In this document: positions 35,595 through 48,182 of the stretch, piece by piece
Layout of the letters: every line of letters starts with the position of its first letter
Numbering within the stretch: the stretch's first letter is position 1
DNA from: Octopus bimaculoides
Lineage: Eukaryota
Length of the DNA: 64,000 bases
Direction of reading: 5' to 3'
Assembly (NCBI RefSeq): GCF_001194135.2
Contig: NC_068991.1
Location: 23,978,057-24,042,056 of the forward strand
The notes under the pieces: generated by a model
The model's database searches: none
Told to the model about the DNA's origin: nothing
The model's input: only the letters and a program-made list of their open reading frames with translations
Translations under genes and position numbers: made by a program

Positions 35595-36764
35595 TTGGGT
35601 AATCCCATANNNNNNNNNNNNNNNNNNNNNNNNNNNNNNNNNNNNNNNNNNNNNNNNNNNNNNNNNNNNNNNNNNNNNNNNNNNNNNNNNNNNNNNNNNN
35701 NNNNNNNNNNNNNNNNNNNNNNNNNNNNNNNNNNNNNNNNNNNNNNNNNNNNNNNNNNNNNNNNNNNNNNNNNNNNNNNNNNNNNNNNNNNNNNNNNNNN
35801 NNNNNNNNNNNNNNNNNNNNNNNNNNNNNNNNNNNNNNNNNNNNNNNNNNNNNNNNNNNNNNNNNNNNNNNNNNNNNNNNNNNNNNNNNNNNNNNNNNNN
35901 NNNNNNNNNNNNNNNNNNNNNNNNNNNNNNNNNNNNNNNNNNNNNNNNNNNNNNNNNNNNNNNNNNCGACACCTGCGTGCCACCGGAAAAGTCAGCAAAT
36001 TGGGTCAATGGGTTCCTCACAAACTTTCCGAGTCTAATCGCGCGCAGAGTGAATGTGTGCTCTTCTTTGCTGTCACATCTCTCAAATGAACCTTTTTTGA
36101 CCGAATTGTGACTGGTGACGAGAAATAGGTTCTCTATAAAAATGTCAAGCACCGAAGACAGTGGGCAGGGAAAGGAGAAACACCGGAACTCTAGGCTAAA
36201 GAAGGTTTTCACCCACGTAAGGTGTTGTTATCTGTTTGGTGGGATATGAAAGGTTTAGTCCACTTTGAACTTTTAAATCCAAACCAAACGATAACAAAAG
36301 AGATCTACTACGAGCAGCTTGAGCGGCTTAAGTCAGCGCCAGAAGTAAAACGACCATCTTTGGTTTGAAGACGAAAGATGTTCTTTCATCAGGATAATGC
36401 TCGGCCACATACAGCGAGGATGACATTCGAAAGGCTGGAGCAGTTTCAATGGGAAACGATGCCCCACCCACCATATTCGCCGGCATTGCCCCATCTGATT
36501 ATCATTTATTCCACAGTCTTCAAAATCATTTGGACGGAAAAAATATGAATTCTGTAGACGAGGTTAGAACAGTACTGGAGGAGTATTTTTTATCACGGAC
36601 AAGTGAATTTTGGAAGAGGAGCCTTACAAGTCTACCAGATAGATGGAAGAGGATTGTAGAAAATGGAGAGTGTATTTTAGATTGAAAAAGAAATTTGTTT
36701 ATCTTAATTCTGAAAAATAAAAGAAAGTATAAAAAACCCCACATTATTTATGGGATGACCCATT
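35595..36764 (+). mobile_element. Mariner (DD34D) transposon, full span, inactivated, part in a gap
   Basis: TIRs TTGGGTAATCCCATA / TATGGGATGACCCAT with flanking TA; WVPHKL, DRIVTGDEK, HQDNARPH, APSDYHLF; stops and frameshifts. Confidence 0.92.
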
Positions 36765-38460
36765 ATATTTTTTCTGTTTTAAATTTGTTCAGAAATTATT
36801 TTTGAAAAGTAATTGCTTTTCTCCCACATACCTTATTTTAACGTTTAATCTGTTGTCTTATGGGTAAATATTTTTTATTGCAGTACTGAACTTCGTTTTT
36901 TTTAACAATTTCCAGCACGGGGACAATACCTCACATTCGAGAGATGGGTTTAACTGATTAGTTCTATCTCAGAACTTGATCGATACTTTATTTTATTGAC
37001 GTTCGGGTAAATGAAAGGCAAAGTTGACCTCCGCGAGATTTGAATCCTGTACGCAAGTAAATACTTCCTTGTTTAGAGTTCTCCTTTCGTATATTATTGA
37101 TCAGGGAAATTTTTACTAAAAAATCAGAAATCAATGGAATTTTATCTCTATATGAAATGTTGGTTGGTTGGTTGGTTGGTTGGTTGGTTGATTAGTCTAG
37201 TCACGCATTACATCGAATGGAGAAAGGGCGGGAAGTAATAGACATAAGATGAGAGTTGACAAAAGAGGTACAGGATGAGTAAAAGAATGCTACAAACACA
37301 CACGTAGTGAGAAAGAGAGATTCCTAGACATATAGGAAGAGGAAGAGAGGGAATAAATGACAAAGTAATAAATAAAGGAGTTAAAGAGAAGTTATGTATA
37401 GACAAAATGCAAGAGTAATTAGCATATACTCGTTCTAATGAACGAGAATATGTTAAGAATGAATATTTACATCATTGTTTTGTTTTATTTAAATTTATTT
37501 GAAGGTAATAAATATTTTTCTTTAGAAAATCAGTATTCATTTCATTATTTTGTAAAAATCCCAAGAAATTTGAAAAAGTTATCATAATTAATGTATATAT
37601 GCCGTATTTCTCTGATATTACTCATGGCGATAAAAGTATACATTCAAAGTTACTCGTCATATAACGGATAACATTCTAGTTTTATACAGCAGGATCATCA
37701 GATGCCAATAATAAATAGATTAGCCGAATCGTTGGAGCATCCAACAAAATGCTTTACGGTATTCATTGCGGCAATTTACATTCTGAGTACAAATCCTGCT
37801 CACGTTAACTTTGCCCTTGGGGAATTTCAACCATGTTTCGTGGTCTGCTACCACAACAGCTCCTTTATAGGATCCAGTTAGCTCAAAACATCATCAGGAA
37901 GAACCACGTCCGGTTTCGGCCCCTACTCCTCTACCGTTTTGACGTGGCGGCCCCCCTTTCGGAGGTGTATTCAGCTCTGGTGTTGAGTGCATGTCATCTT
38001 TCTTCTGTTCCCTGGCCTCTTCGATGCAGCGTCAACGAGTGTCAGCGGCCGACTGACTGTCATGTCAAATTTCCCTTTAAATACCTGGTGCTAGGCTCCA
38101 GCAGGCAGCCCCAGTAAGTTGTCACGTGATACTGTCTAAACTTTAACTGACAATGGAGGGCGCGTAATCTTAGCCCACGCATTTTCTAACCGAGACCGTC
38201 ACCTTTCAATCAGCGAAGCCACTTCAGTGTCAGCCTGTCTCACCTAATGATGTTATTTTCCTGCCGGCATGTTATGACTTTCAAGCCAGCATGTTATGAC
38301 TTTCGGGGTCTAGATAATAGAGTCAGGTATTGGAGTCAATGCAATTGACTGTCTTCTTCCTTCAAATTGGAAACCTTGTGGCTCTATGATGGATCTTTGT
38401 CTTGCTCCTGAATTAATTGCGTAAGCTGTTGAGTATTTTAAAGACACGTGTACCCTTAAC

Positions 38461-38626
38461 AAAATTAGCACAACACAATATACTTCAAGACTGTATCGTT
38501 TGAATTACAGGTACAATCATCCGATGGAGTCCAAGACTGTTTTAAAATTAGCACAACACAATATACTTCAAGACTGTATCGTTTGAATTACAGGTACAAT
38601 CATCCGATGGAGTCCAAGACTGTTTT
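38461..38626. repeat. Perfect 2 x 83-bp tandem duplication
   Basis: 38461-38543 repeated at 38544-38626. Confidence 0.95.
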
Positions 38627-38635
38627 CATCTACCC

Positions 38636-39417
38636 GAGGCATGTCAAACTCGCGGATCTTTTCAAACACAAATGCAGCCAGCGAGTGGCGTTGCTAGGGG
38701 TTTAAAAATGGTGAACCCTGCCAAAACTTTTAATGATAAGAATAATAAATAATAATCTAATTATTGAAAGTAAGATTATTGATGAGCAAATAAAAAGTTT
38801 TGAAAGATTTTTACTTAATAGTAAAAAGTTCCTACGAAACTGTCGAGGCAGATGAAAGAATACAAATGGAACTGTTAGAAATGCAGTCAGATTCTTCACT
38901 CTGCTTTGTACAATGAAATGGGATCACCAAGCTTTTTCCCCTATCTGCCGCAGCGATTTGAGAAAAATCAGGTAATTTCCCACAAGGATTATGGCAATGG
39001 TTGATTCAAGTTATGTGTGTAAATTGTTGTTTTCAAAACAACAAAGACTTCTGAAAGGGTCTGGTTGATTGACAAGCATTTGTTATCATTGATGAAAGGT
39101 GAAACTGCACGAACAACTTGAACCAAATATACGAAAATTAGTTAGCAAAACTCGATGTCAAGCATCATGACAGCAATATAAAGATTAATTAACAGTTATC
39201 AGTAAATTTGTTGTGTAGTATGCTATTTTTTTAATAGTTATTGTTCAGTAATATAGTTTTTTGTGGTTACAATAAAATTTGTCTGTACAAAATTCTGACA
39301 TCAGTTTTCAATTGACGGAAATCTTTCTTGAAAACGTGTGCTTACAAATATGCAGCCACATGGCAACATGAATGTGAGCAATGCGGCCCGTAGAGACTCT
39401 GCAGTTTGACATGGCTG
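38636..39417 (+). mobile_element. hAT (Charlie/SPIN-like) deletion derivative
   Basis: TIRs GAGGCATGTCAAACT / AGTTTGACATGGCTG, 8-bp TSD ATCTACCC / GTCTACCC; C-terminal relic IQMELLEMQSD...SSYVC..LFS...LIDKHL. Confidence 0.85.
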
Positions 39418-39939
39418 GTCTACCCAATTTTACTCATAAGAAACGAACCGACCTGAAGTTACAGCAAAATGACATTTACCGAATAAAACTTGCAGTGGGA
39501 TCGAACCTGAGATCTTGTGGTTCCGAGGTGAACTTCTTAACCATTCAACCATCTTGTGCTCATTGCGAGTATGCAAGAAATCGACAACGTATCAGATTCA
39601 TTCTTATCCACAAAAAAGACAGCTGTTCTAAAATAGACGACAAAGCCTGCTGATCGGTTTCGATTTCCGATTGAGTCCATTTTATATTATCTACGCTTTA
39701 AACGTTTCCAGGAGAGGTATGAACATTACACATTCTTATTACTTATACTCCTGAAATACAGAGAAGAAGAATCAATGCTGAAGAGGCCTGTAGAATCAGA
39801 TGTTATCTGCTAGCGGGTTGAAGTTTTGATAAGGTTTCAAGTCGGAACTGAAGTAATTTCACGAAAATTACGTCTTTTGTTGAAGGAATGATCAATAATT
39901 ACAGGAACATTTCAAAATAACACTATGCTCTATACACAC

Positions 39940-39985
<46 letters not shown>

Positions 39986-40498
39986 GGTATGTGTATGTAT
40001 GTGATAGTATAGCATATATATATATACATACGAGCACACATCCATACACATACNNNNNNNNNNNNNNNNNNNNNNNNNNNNNNNNNNNNNNNNNNNNNNN
40101 NNNNNNNNNNNNNNNNNNNNNNNNNNNNNNNNNNNNNNNNNNNNNNNNNNNNNNNNNNNNNNNNNNNNNNNNNNNNNNNNNNNNNNNNNNNNNNNNNNNN
40201 NNNNNNNNNNNNNNNNNNNNNNNNNNNNNNNNNNNNNNNNNNNNNNNNNNNNNNNNNNNNNNNNNNNNNNNNNNNNNNNNNNNNNNNNNNNNNNNNNNNN
40301 NNNNNNNNNNNNNNNNNNNNNNNNNNNNNNNNNNNNNNNNNNNNNNNNNNNNNNNNNNNNNNNNNNNNNNNNNNNNNNNNNNNNNNNNNNNNNNNNNNNN
40401 NNNNNNNNNNNNNNNNNNNNNNNNNNNNNNNNNNNNNNNNNNNNNNNNNNNNNNNNNNNNNNNNNNNNNNNNNNNNNNNNNNNNNNNNNNNNNNNNNN

Positions 40499-40548
<50 letters not shown>

Positions 40549-41499
40549 AACATGTGTGCATATGTATGTATGTGTGTGTATGTGTGCGTGTGTGTGTATG
40601 TGTGTGCGTGTGTGTGTATGTGTCTATTTACACTTGTGTTTCAATCAGTTTATCGGACTTCAAGCTTTTCTAACACATTTTTCCACTTATTTTACTTCAC
40701 AGCTAAACGCCAAGAAACATCACATTCTTTCGTTTATACACTTGCACACATAAATAACACTTTCCACCTCTGCTCGTACGGCTTTATTCTCCACCCGCAA
40801 TCCTCTCACGTGCTTACATACACGCTTTACCACTACTCACCAACATTTCGCACCTCTGTACGCATTTATACACACACACTACATGCTCATGCACACACCA
40901 TTCCCTCTTATGCTTGCCTCCAGACATAGACATCCTGTGATACATGCATCTACACCCCCACTCCTTTCTCCTTTCTTAATTCTCCCCCTCCCCTATCATA
41001 CAACAGCATTCGTCTCTGGTTTCTAACCTGTCGCCTTAACTTTCGCGTCCTCTCTCATACCATCGAGATAAATTCTACAGGTGTGTATACGTGTGCATGT
41101 ATGCTTGTGTGTGTGTGTGTGTGCATGCGTGTATGTTCACGCGTGTGTATGTGCATGTGTATATGCGTGTGTGTATGTATATGCGTATTGAGTGTGGGGA
41201 GATGTGTGCATGTGTGGGTGCGTGTGTCTTTTTTTTTTTAGATGAACAAAAAATAATTCCACAACAACCAGAACTACCATTTCAACAATCCACAGAACGA
41301 CACCAACCAAACACTGCCTGAATAAGGAAAAGTATATATGAACTGAATTGAATTGAACTGGTTTCAGCTCACGAACTGTGACCATGCTGGGGAAACACCA
41401 CTTGATGTTATGACATACACATTTTTTACTTCGCAAAAAAAAGTGTTTTAGAACCTCCCTTCGAAGGTTGAGATCTAGGTTTAATGAGACCTGACCGTA

Positions 41500-42440
41500 A
41501 GTTTTTATCGGGGATTCACCGCGTGCAGGTTAATGGCAGATTGCTTCGGCTTGTCTGAAGTAAGACGCAAAGGCCAGATAGAACAGCTGGATCCAGTGTC
41601 AACCATGAACGATTCGTTAGAAACACGATCCTTAACAAAGAATGCACGATGAGATGAAAAATTGCGGTCAGAAATTGACGCGTTCAAATCTTCCGCAACT
41701 AGTTTCCCGACAGCTTGAACGAACAGGGCTGGATGCATCGACGGGCTTCGTCCTTAAATCTGGCATGGTACCAGCAGAGATTGGAAACCGTTGGAGCAGA
41801 ACTAGACGACCGTGGCTTAGAACGGCTTCTACTGCGAGGACAACGAGAGTTGGCGTGTTCCTACCACAGTGTGTCCATGCGACGTGTTAATGCATCGACT
41901 CTCTCCAAAATGTCGTCATGTGACGAGGCAGGAGACTCTGTAGTGGTAGAGGAAGCTACTATGGGGTCCGAACAGGTATGGTGAGGTGCGGGCTGCACAG
42001 TAAACTCTATGATCTTGTCCGCCATGGTGGTTATCTGATCGTGCGAATTGGAGTCGACCGTTGTGGCCAGTATCGATTGGACATTCGGCGGTAGACGAGA
42101 GAAAAACAATTTTCTTAGCAGAGGATTGTCCTCAAGTGGAGAGTCGCTGAGTTCTCGCAACTGACGAAGAAACTCAGATGGGGTCCTATCTCCCAGGTGT
42201 TCATCCTGCATCAGTGTCCGGAATTTACTCTGCGCGGATTGTGTGTTCCGATGGAAAACTTCGGATTTGACGGACGCGTAAGTCGCGTCCGGATATGGGT
42301 CACTGATGAGATCTTTCACCGAGCGTGCAAGAGGTGAATGCATTCCATAGTTCAAAAGGTTCAGTTGCTGTTGGTGAGGCACAGCATGGGCGGAAAAATA
42401 TGCATCCAATTGAGCAAACGAGTGTGACGTCACCAGAGTA
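41500..42440 (-). mobile_element. Gypsy/Ty3 LTR retrotransposon gag-protease fragment
   Basis: Gag FAQLDAYF...LGDRTPSEFLRQLREL...FFSRLPPNVQSILA...MADKI; protease FFVKDRVSNESFMVDTGSSCSIWP; PBS-like TGGTGAC at 42435-42429. Confidence 0.88.
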
Positions 42441-43392
42441 TGTGGGCAAGCTGGGAAGACTCATCTTTTACAGATGAAAGAAAGGAAAAAGGAAAACAGT
42501 ATGGGAATGTACAAAACTCTCACAGAGAAAAAGACCAAAGAACCGACAAAAGTACTGTTGGAATAATAAACGTGTGCGCAGAAGAAAAAATTTCGTAACA
42601 AAATTTTTGATTTTTTTTTTGTACTGTGTGCAGAANNNNNNNNNNNNNNNNNNNNNNNNNNNNNNNNNNNNNNNNNNNNNNNNNNNNNNNNNNNNNNNNN
42701 NNNNNNNNNNNNNNNNNNNNNNNNNNNNNNNNNNNNNNNNNNNNNNNNNNNNNNNNNNNNNNNNNNNNNNNNNNNNNNNNNNNNNNNNNNNNNNNNNNNN
42801 NNNNNNNNNNNNNNNNNNNNNNNNNNNNNNNNNNNNNNNNNNNNNNNNNNNNNNNNGTTTACCGGCTCGTTACTAGCACTTTTCGTCGTTTCTCAACATG
42901 GTGTCGTTTGTTTACTTCGTCTATGGAGATCGTACCTCGGGGGAAAACGAGCAGGAGACGAATTTGTGGTTCTTCTACTCATTCGTGTGTATAAGTTTGT
43001 ACCCCTTTTCTGTTTTGAGGTAGATGGAACACACGAACATAGAAAGACACAAGGCGCAGCACAGAGAAGCGACTGGCTAGAGGGAATATCTACAACATTC
43101 AACAACTGGAAGGTGTGAAGTCGTCTACGTGTGAAGCTCATTCTTTTAGGAATTGTAACGATGGCGAAACTTTTGTATTCAAACTCGGGCTGTGAAGTTG
43201 ATGGCCCGCTTGCTTGAAATATGTCCTCTCGTTGCTGCATTTAGAAACTAAGCTCTTCGTTCGAGTGAGCCATTTTAACAATGATAGAGGCTTTCGGCTG
43301 CTGAAAATCCTTTTAGACTTGGGTCACCATTTTATAATGGAAAGAAGGTTTATATGATACTTTTGGGATATCTTCTTCCATTATGATTATTT

Positions 43393-43784
43393 TGTTGATT
43401 CAAGGAGCTGGAAATACGAAGAATGAAGTTCTCAGGCGGAGTAAATTCAATAATCGTTTATTCACAGATGCTTCGTACAAGGGGTTTGCTTTCAGTAACC
43501 ATCTTCACAGCAGTGCGTAGTTAGTCTTCTCTCCCATACACGTGAGGTTCAATAACGCGTGGAGACAATGCATGTGGTAAAAGTCCGCTGTGAGCTCCTG
43601 GCTTCGAAGTGTCTTCTCGGCGTAAGCGTGAGAAGAATGAGAGGGAAAAAGTTGTCTTTTCCTTAAATAATGGTTGCAGGCGAGATCTCATTTTTTGTCT
43701 CGCGTATGGCAATGGTTGCAGGCGATATCTTGCTGTTTCAAAATGGCCTCGCTACAGGTGCCTCGCTACAGGTGCCTCGTTACA
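43393..43784 (-). mobile_element. Possible solo LTR
   Basis: TG...CA ends; on minus strand TATTTAAGG then AATAAA near the end; 14-bp subrepeat GCCTCGCTACAGGT x3; no TSD seen. Confidence 0.45.
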
Positions 43785-44373
43785 GGTGCTAAACAAAACA
43801 ACATATACACACACATACACACATATATATCACTTTTTCAATCCTAATGTGTATATTTACAAACATATTAATACGTATATAATGAAATTGAATGACATCT
43901 TGAATTGTAATGACATCCTGAATTGTAATTAAATTTCAATGGGTTGGCCATATCGATACAGTATAATTGAAAAGAAACCTCTTTCTCTCTGTATCTCTTC
44001 CTCTTTTCTTTGCTTTTCTTCCTCTTTCTTGTCCTTCTTATCTTTCTCTCTTTCTCCCTTTCTCCAAAAACCTAAATTCACATCTTGAAAGATCATTTAA
44101 CACCACCCACGTGTCAGTCAAAAGACAGTCTCAAGATACATTTTTGTCTCTGTGTCTTCCTCTCTCTCTCTCCCTCTTCCCCTTCCTTCCTCTTTTCTCT
44201 TTCTCCTCTTCCAAACAAAATAAAATAACATTCTCTTTTCGATTTATATAAAAGGTGGAAGAAATTTCTGTACATTATATCTCGAAGAGTTCAATTGAAG
44301 GAACGAAAGCGGTAATAAAGAATTATCCAAAATTCTAACTGCCTCCTTCTTAATATATATATATAAAATCGTT

Positions 44374-44972
44374 GCCGTATGTATTTTAATAGTGAGCAAT
44401 TTGTGGTTTTAGAGCGATAGCTCTGTTTATATCAAGTGGTATTCTAATACCCTACTGAATTTTGTTTGTACTTTTTTTACCTATAAAGGTATAAACTTGC
44501 TAACCATTTTATTATTATCATTATTATTAATAATAATAGTAATGATGCCTACTTTAAATTTATACTGTACTGGTTCATGTTATGTCGCGGGGGCATTCAA
44601 ATGAAAGAACGCACACAGTGCAATGTGGTGAATATTTCAGAAATAGATGATTTGCGGTGAGTCTGGCTGATGAGTTTAAGTATGTTTTTCATACAGAAAG
44701 CGAAATCAATTGATCCCGGAATATGCGTATTACTTACTTCTGTAGTTCATACAAGGTAAGCCTATTTCTGTTATATTCGTTGAATTCGCCGTGTGTATCT
44801 TAATAGTGAGCAATTTGTGGTTTTAGAGCGATAGCTCTGTTCACAGCAACTGGTATTCTATACGCTACTGAATTTTGTTTGTATTTTTTACTTATAAAGG
44901 AATAAACTTGCTAGCCACTTTATTATTATCATTATCATTATTAATAATGTTAATAATACCTTATTTAAATTT
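44374..44972. repeat. Pair of diverged ~190-bp direct repeats (44374-44561, 44788-44972)
   Basis: Shared TAATAGTGAGCAATTTGTGGTTTTAGAGCGATAGCTCTGTT and downstream blocks, 414 bp apart. Confidence 0.9.
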
Positions 44973-44979
44973 CCTCCTC

Positions 44980-45155
44980 AACGCTTGACAGCTGGTGTAC
45001 TTCCCTGTAACTTAGCGCTTCTGCAAAAGAGATCTATAGAATAAGCACCAGGCTTTAATGAAATAAGCACTGTGGTCGATTCATTCAGCTAAAAATTCTT
45101 CAAGACGGTATCCCAGCATGGCTGCAATCTAATGAAAGAAACAAGTAAAAGATAA
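44980..45155 (+). mobile_element. OR2-like SINE body/tail, diverged
   Basis: CCTGTAACTTAGCG...GATCTATAGAATAAG...CCAGCATGGCTGCA...GAAACAAGTAAAAGA. Confidence 0.6.
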
Positions 45156-46218
45156 TAGATATCTGTCATTTAACATCAAGGATTCCATGGTGTTTTTACA
45201 ACACACTGACATTTTCAAAAATCTGTTATTATTCATTCACTTATCATATTCTCTTCCATTTTAGTTTTACTTTCCGTTTATCTTTAAAGCGTTGTTTTCT
45301 CACCAGGCTTTCATTCTTTTTTTTTTTTCCGTTGCTCTATTGCACCGAAAGTGCGACTCGATTAGTGCTGGATAACACAAGAGTTTGCCAAAGGCAAGAT
45401 ATGAACTCAATGTTAACCGGTAGCTAAATGCAATTAGTGCTAGGCAGAGAACACAAAGTTTGCCTGTAACGAGATCTGAACTCCTGTTACGTCAGCCGTG
45501 AAGCTTTTATGTTTTGTACAATAGTTGTTGTGGTAATAAGATTTGTTGTGAACGAGTGAGACGTCAACCTCATGGTAAATACCTGTGTATGAAGAATGAC
45601 GATGTCAGACTAACCTTTGCTGTCGAACCTGAATATGAGCCAAGACATAAACGTCGAAAAAACGTACCGTGTCGTTCATTTTGAGAATGTAATACTTTTT
45701 AATTGTTAAATTTTATCGTATGTGCAGAAATATTACATTTTAACTAATCAACACCTGTTAAACAAAAGAATTTACAGAATACAAACGAGTAGGTAGTAAT
45801 TGCACAATGCTATTTTCCAAATATAACGCGGTTTTTAATTGGTCACCGTTTCAAATGAATCGAAATACAAATCAGACGAAATGAACGGAAATTCGTTTTG
45901 GACTTGCATTTTTTTCAAGATAAAACACCTCTGAAGAAGTCAAACGTGTGGTTAAAAAAAGTTGACATAAGAGTATCTAATGACTTTATATACATTTGTG
46001 TTGAACGGAACACATTCCAACCAATTAAATTGAGGCATAATGCAGTTAGCTAATCGGTAGTTATCAATAATTTAGGATATTTAAGACTGCTGCATTTGTC
46101 TGCATTACATGAATATGGAGCAGAGTTAAACAACACAGAAAAAAATTACATCAAACACATGAAAATACCTCTTTAGTGCCGAGACAGGTCCTGTTACTGT
46201 AAATCGAGTTCACTTATT

Positions 46219-47712
46219 TCTATACAATACAATACTATACTATACTATACTATACTATACTATACTATATATATATATATATAGTATATATATAGTATAT
46301 AATTTGTGGCGGTGTATTGAACAGATTTTCACCAAATTTGGCAAAAATACTCATAACCCTAACCCTAACCCTAAAACCCTAACCTCAACTCTAAAACCCG
46401 AACCCGAACCCTAACCCTAACCCTAACCCTAACCCTAACCCTAAGACCCTAAAGCTAAAACCAGTACAAACGCACGAACGATGTCATAAATAACAGTACA
46501 GCCGATAGTTTTTGTTGACAAACAACGGCACTAATTTTATTCAAGGGAAAAGATCCCATTACACCGCCACAAAGTGTTGTTTACAATCCACAGCAGTAAT
46601 TGTTTTCACCTCAATAGACGTCTGTGATTGGTTGAAATTACCGAAATACGACAATTTTAACACGAAATAACTTTAAAAATATAAACTTTTCTCAACAACA
46701 CTAACAGTAAAATATGTTTTATATGACACATTCTACCAGTGTCCCAAGTTTGAAAGTGTTTCGTTAAGAAAACAAGTGGTGTCTGCCAAATCAGAAAGAT
46801 TCCTTCAAAGTCTGAAGAAGGGCTTGTGGCACGCCGAGCCCGTCATGCTGCAATTGTTGCTGCCTCCAGGGCTACCGAGCTACTTCAACAACGGACTATC
46901 CCGTTGGCGCGTGTAGCCAAAAATGCTTCAGCTGTAAGGGCTACCGAATCACCTCAAAAATGGACTATCCCGTTGGCGCGTCTTGCCAAAAATGCTTTAG
47001 CTGCAACGGCTGCAGACTTACCCCAACAGCGTACAGCCCAAAGGAAACGCAATACTGCTGCTGAAAGGGCTTCACAGTCACCACAACAACGCACAGCGCG
47101 GAGGGCACGTAATGCTAAAACTACTGCTGCTGCGCGGGCTGCAGAGCCCCCAGTGCACCTCCCGAAGGAAGCGTAATGCTGACACTAATGCTGCTGCAAA
47201 CGCTGCAGAGTCACCAGCACAGCGCACAAATCATCAGGCTTTGAATGCTGCTTTTATGTCCACTGCTGAACAAAGAGCAATGCAACTTCAAACCAATGCA
47301 AACGTGAAGTTCTGCGTAGGGGCACATTAAAACCATCGGTCAGTCGGTGGGATTTTTATCATACATGACTTTCATTGAAAAAAAGCTTCAATGCGGTTGT
47401 GTCAGACATTACGAGTAAAATAACTACATGCTACAAAACGCTTAACGCTTCAGGTGAGATATAGAATCCCTAATGTCTATTGAAATTGCAATATCATTTC
47501 ATGGACTATCAAGTTTGTGTTCAAAAAACTTTATTCATTACCTAGGTTGCTTAATACCATATAATAAAATGCAAACGAAATTGGTAATTATACATTTTAC
47601 GTTTATCAAGTTGAAACGACTTCTAACTGAGGGCTAATTCAACTGAAACAGTCCAGAGGAGTGCGCCATTATAATAAATTACACCGTCCAAAAGAACGGG
47701 TGCATTTGCTAG
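46219..47712 (+). mobile_element. Non-autonomous Helitron deletion derivative
   Basis: Starts TCTATAC..., carries a repeat-rich N-terminal ORF relic (46826-47330), ends with imperfect hairpin CACCGTCCAAAAGAACGGGTG then CTAG|T at 47709-47713. Confidence 0.6.
46354..46452. repeat. Interstitial telomeric-type (CCCTAA)n repeat
   Basis: Three perfect units 46357-46374 and six perfect units 46409-46444 plus variants. Confidence 0.95.
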
Positions 47713-47749
<37 letters not shown>

Positions 47750-48146
47750 ATATAAATTGTAAATGCAAAAATAAAAACAAAAACACAAAGGATTCTGCGG
47801 TACACGTGTTTCAAGCTTTATAGTTGTTACATCAGTGTATAATTGACAATATAAAGCTATCTTCAGCCGCAAATGTATTCTCTCCCAAGAATTATATCAC
47901 ATAGGCGTTAAAGGAGGAAGAAAGATGAGATATAAGAGGTGAGGTTCCGTTTGGTATTTTGCATTGTACTATACCTCGTAGAATTCTTAATTTGATATAT
48001 TTATACATAATTTCCTCTGTACTCCGGTATCCGTCCATACCTTGCCACAATTCAGTGTGTAGTGTTAAGTTGGTGGTTAAAAACAATATAATAAAATAAC
48101 ATAACAAAAATGAAATAATAATATAAAATAAAACAGGAATATAAAA

Positions 48147-48182
<36 letters not shown>

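Noticed and set aside
34929-36111. Long 220-349 aa ORFs rich in F, L, S
   Set aside because: Translations of a polypyrimidine tract plus N-gap.
37830-38250. GC-richer block possibly a LINE 3' region or exon
   Set aside because: No motif I could identify with confidence on either strand.
44406-44424. GTTTTAGAGC resembling the Cas9 repeat/sgRNA scaffold start
   Set aside because: Only a 10-nt match, continuing into unrelated sequence; expected by chance.
46354-46452. Chromosome end or fusion site
   Set aside because: Under 100 bp, degenerate, one orientation only, and embedded in a TE-like context.
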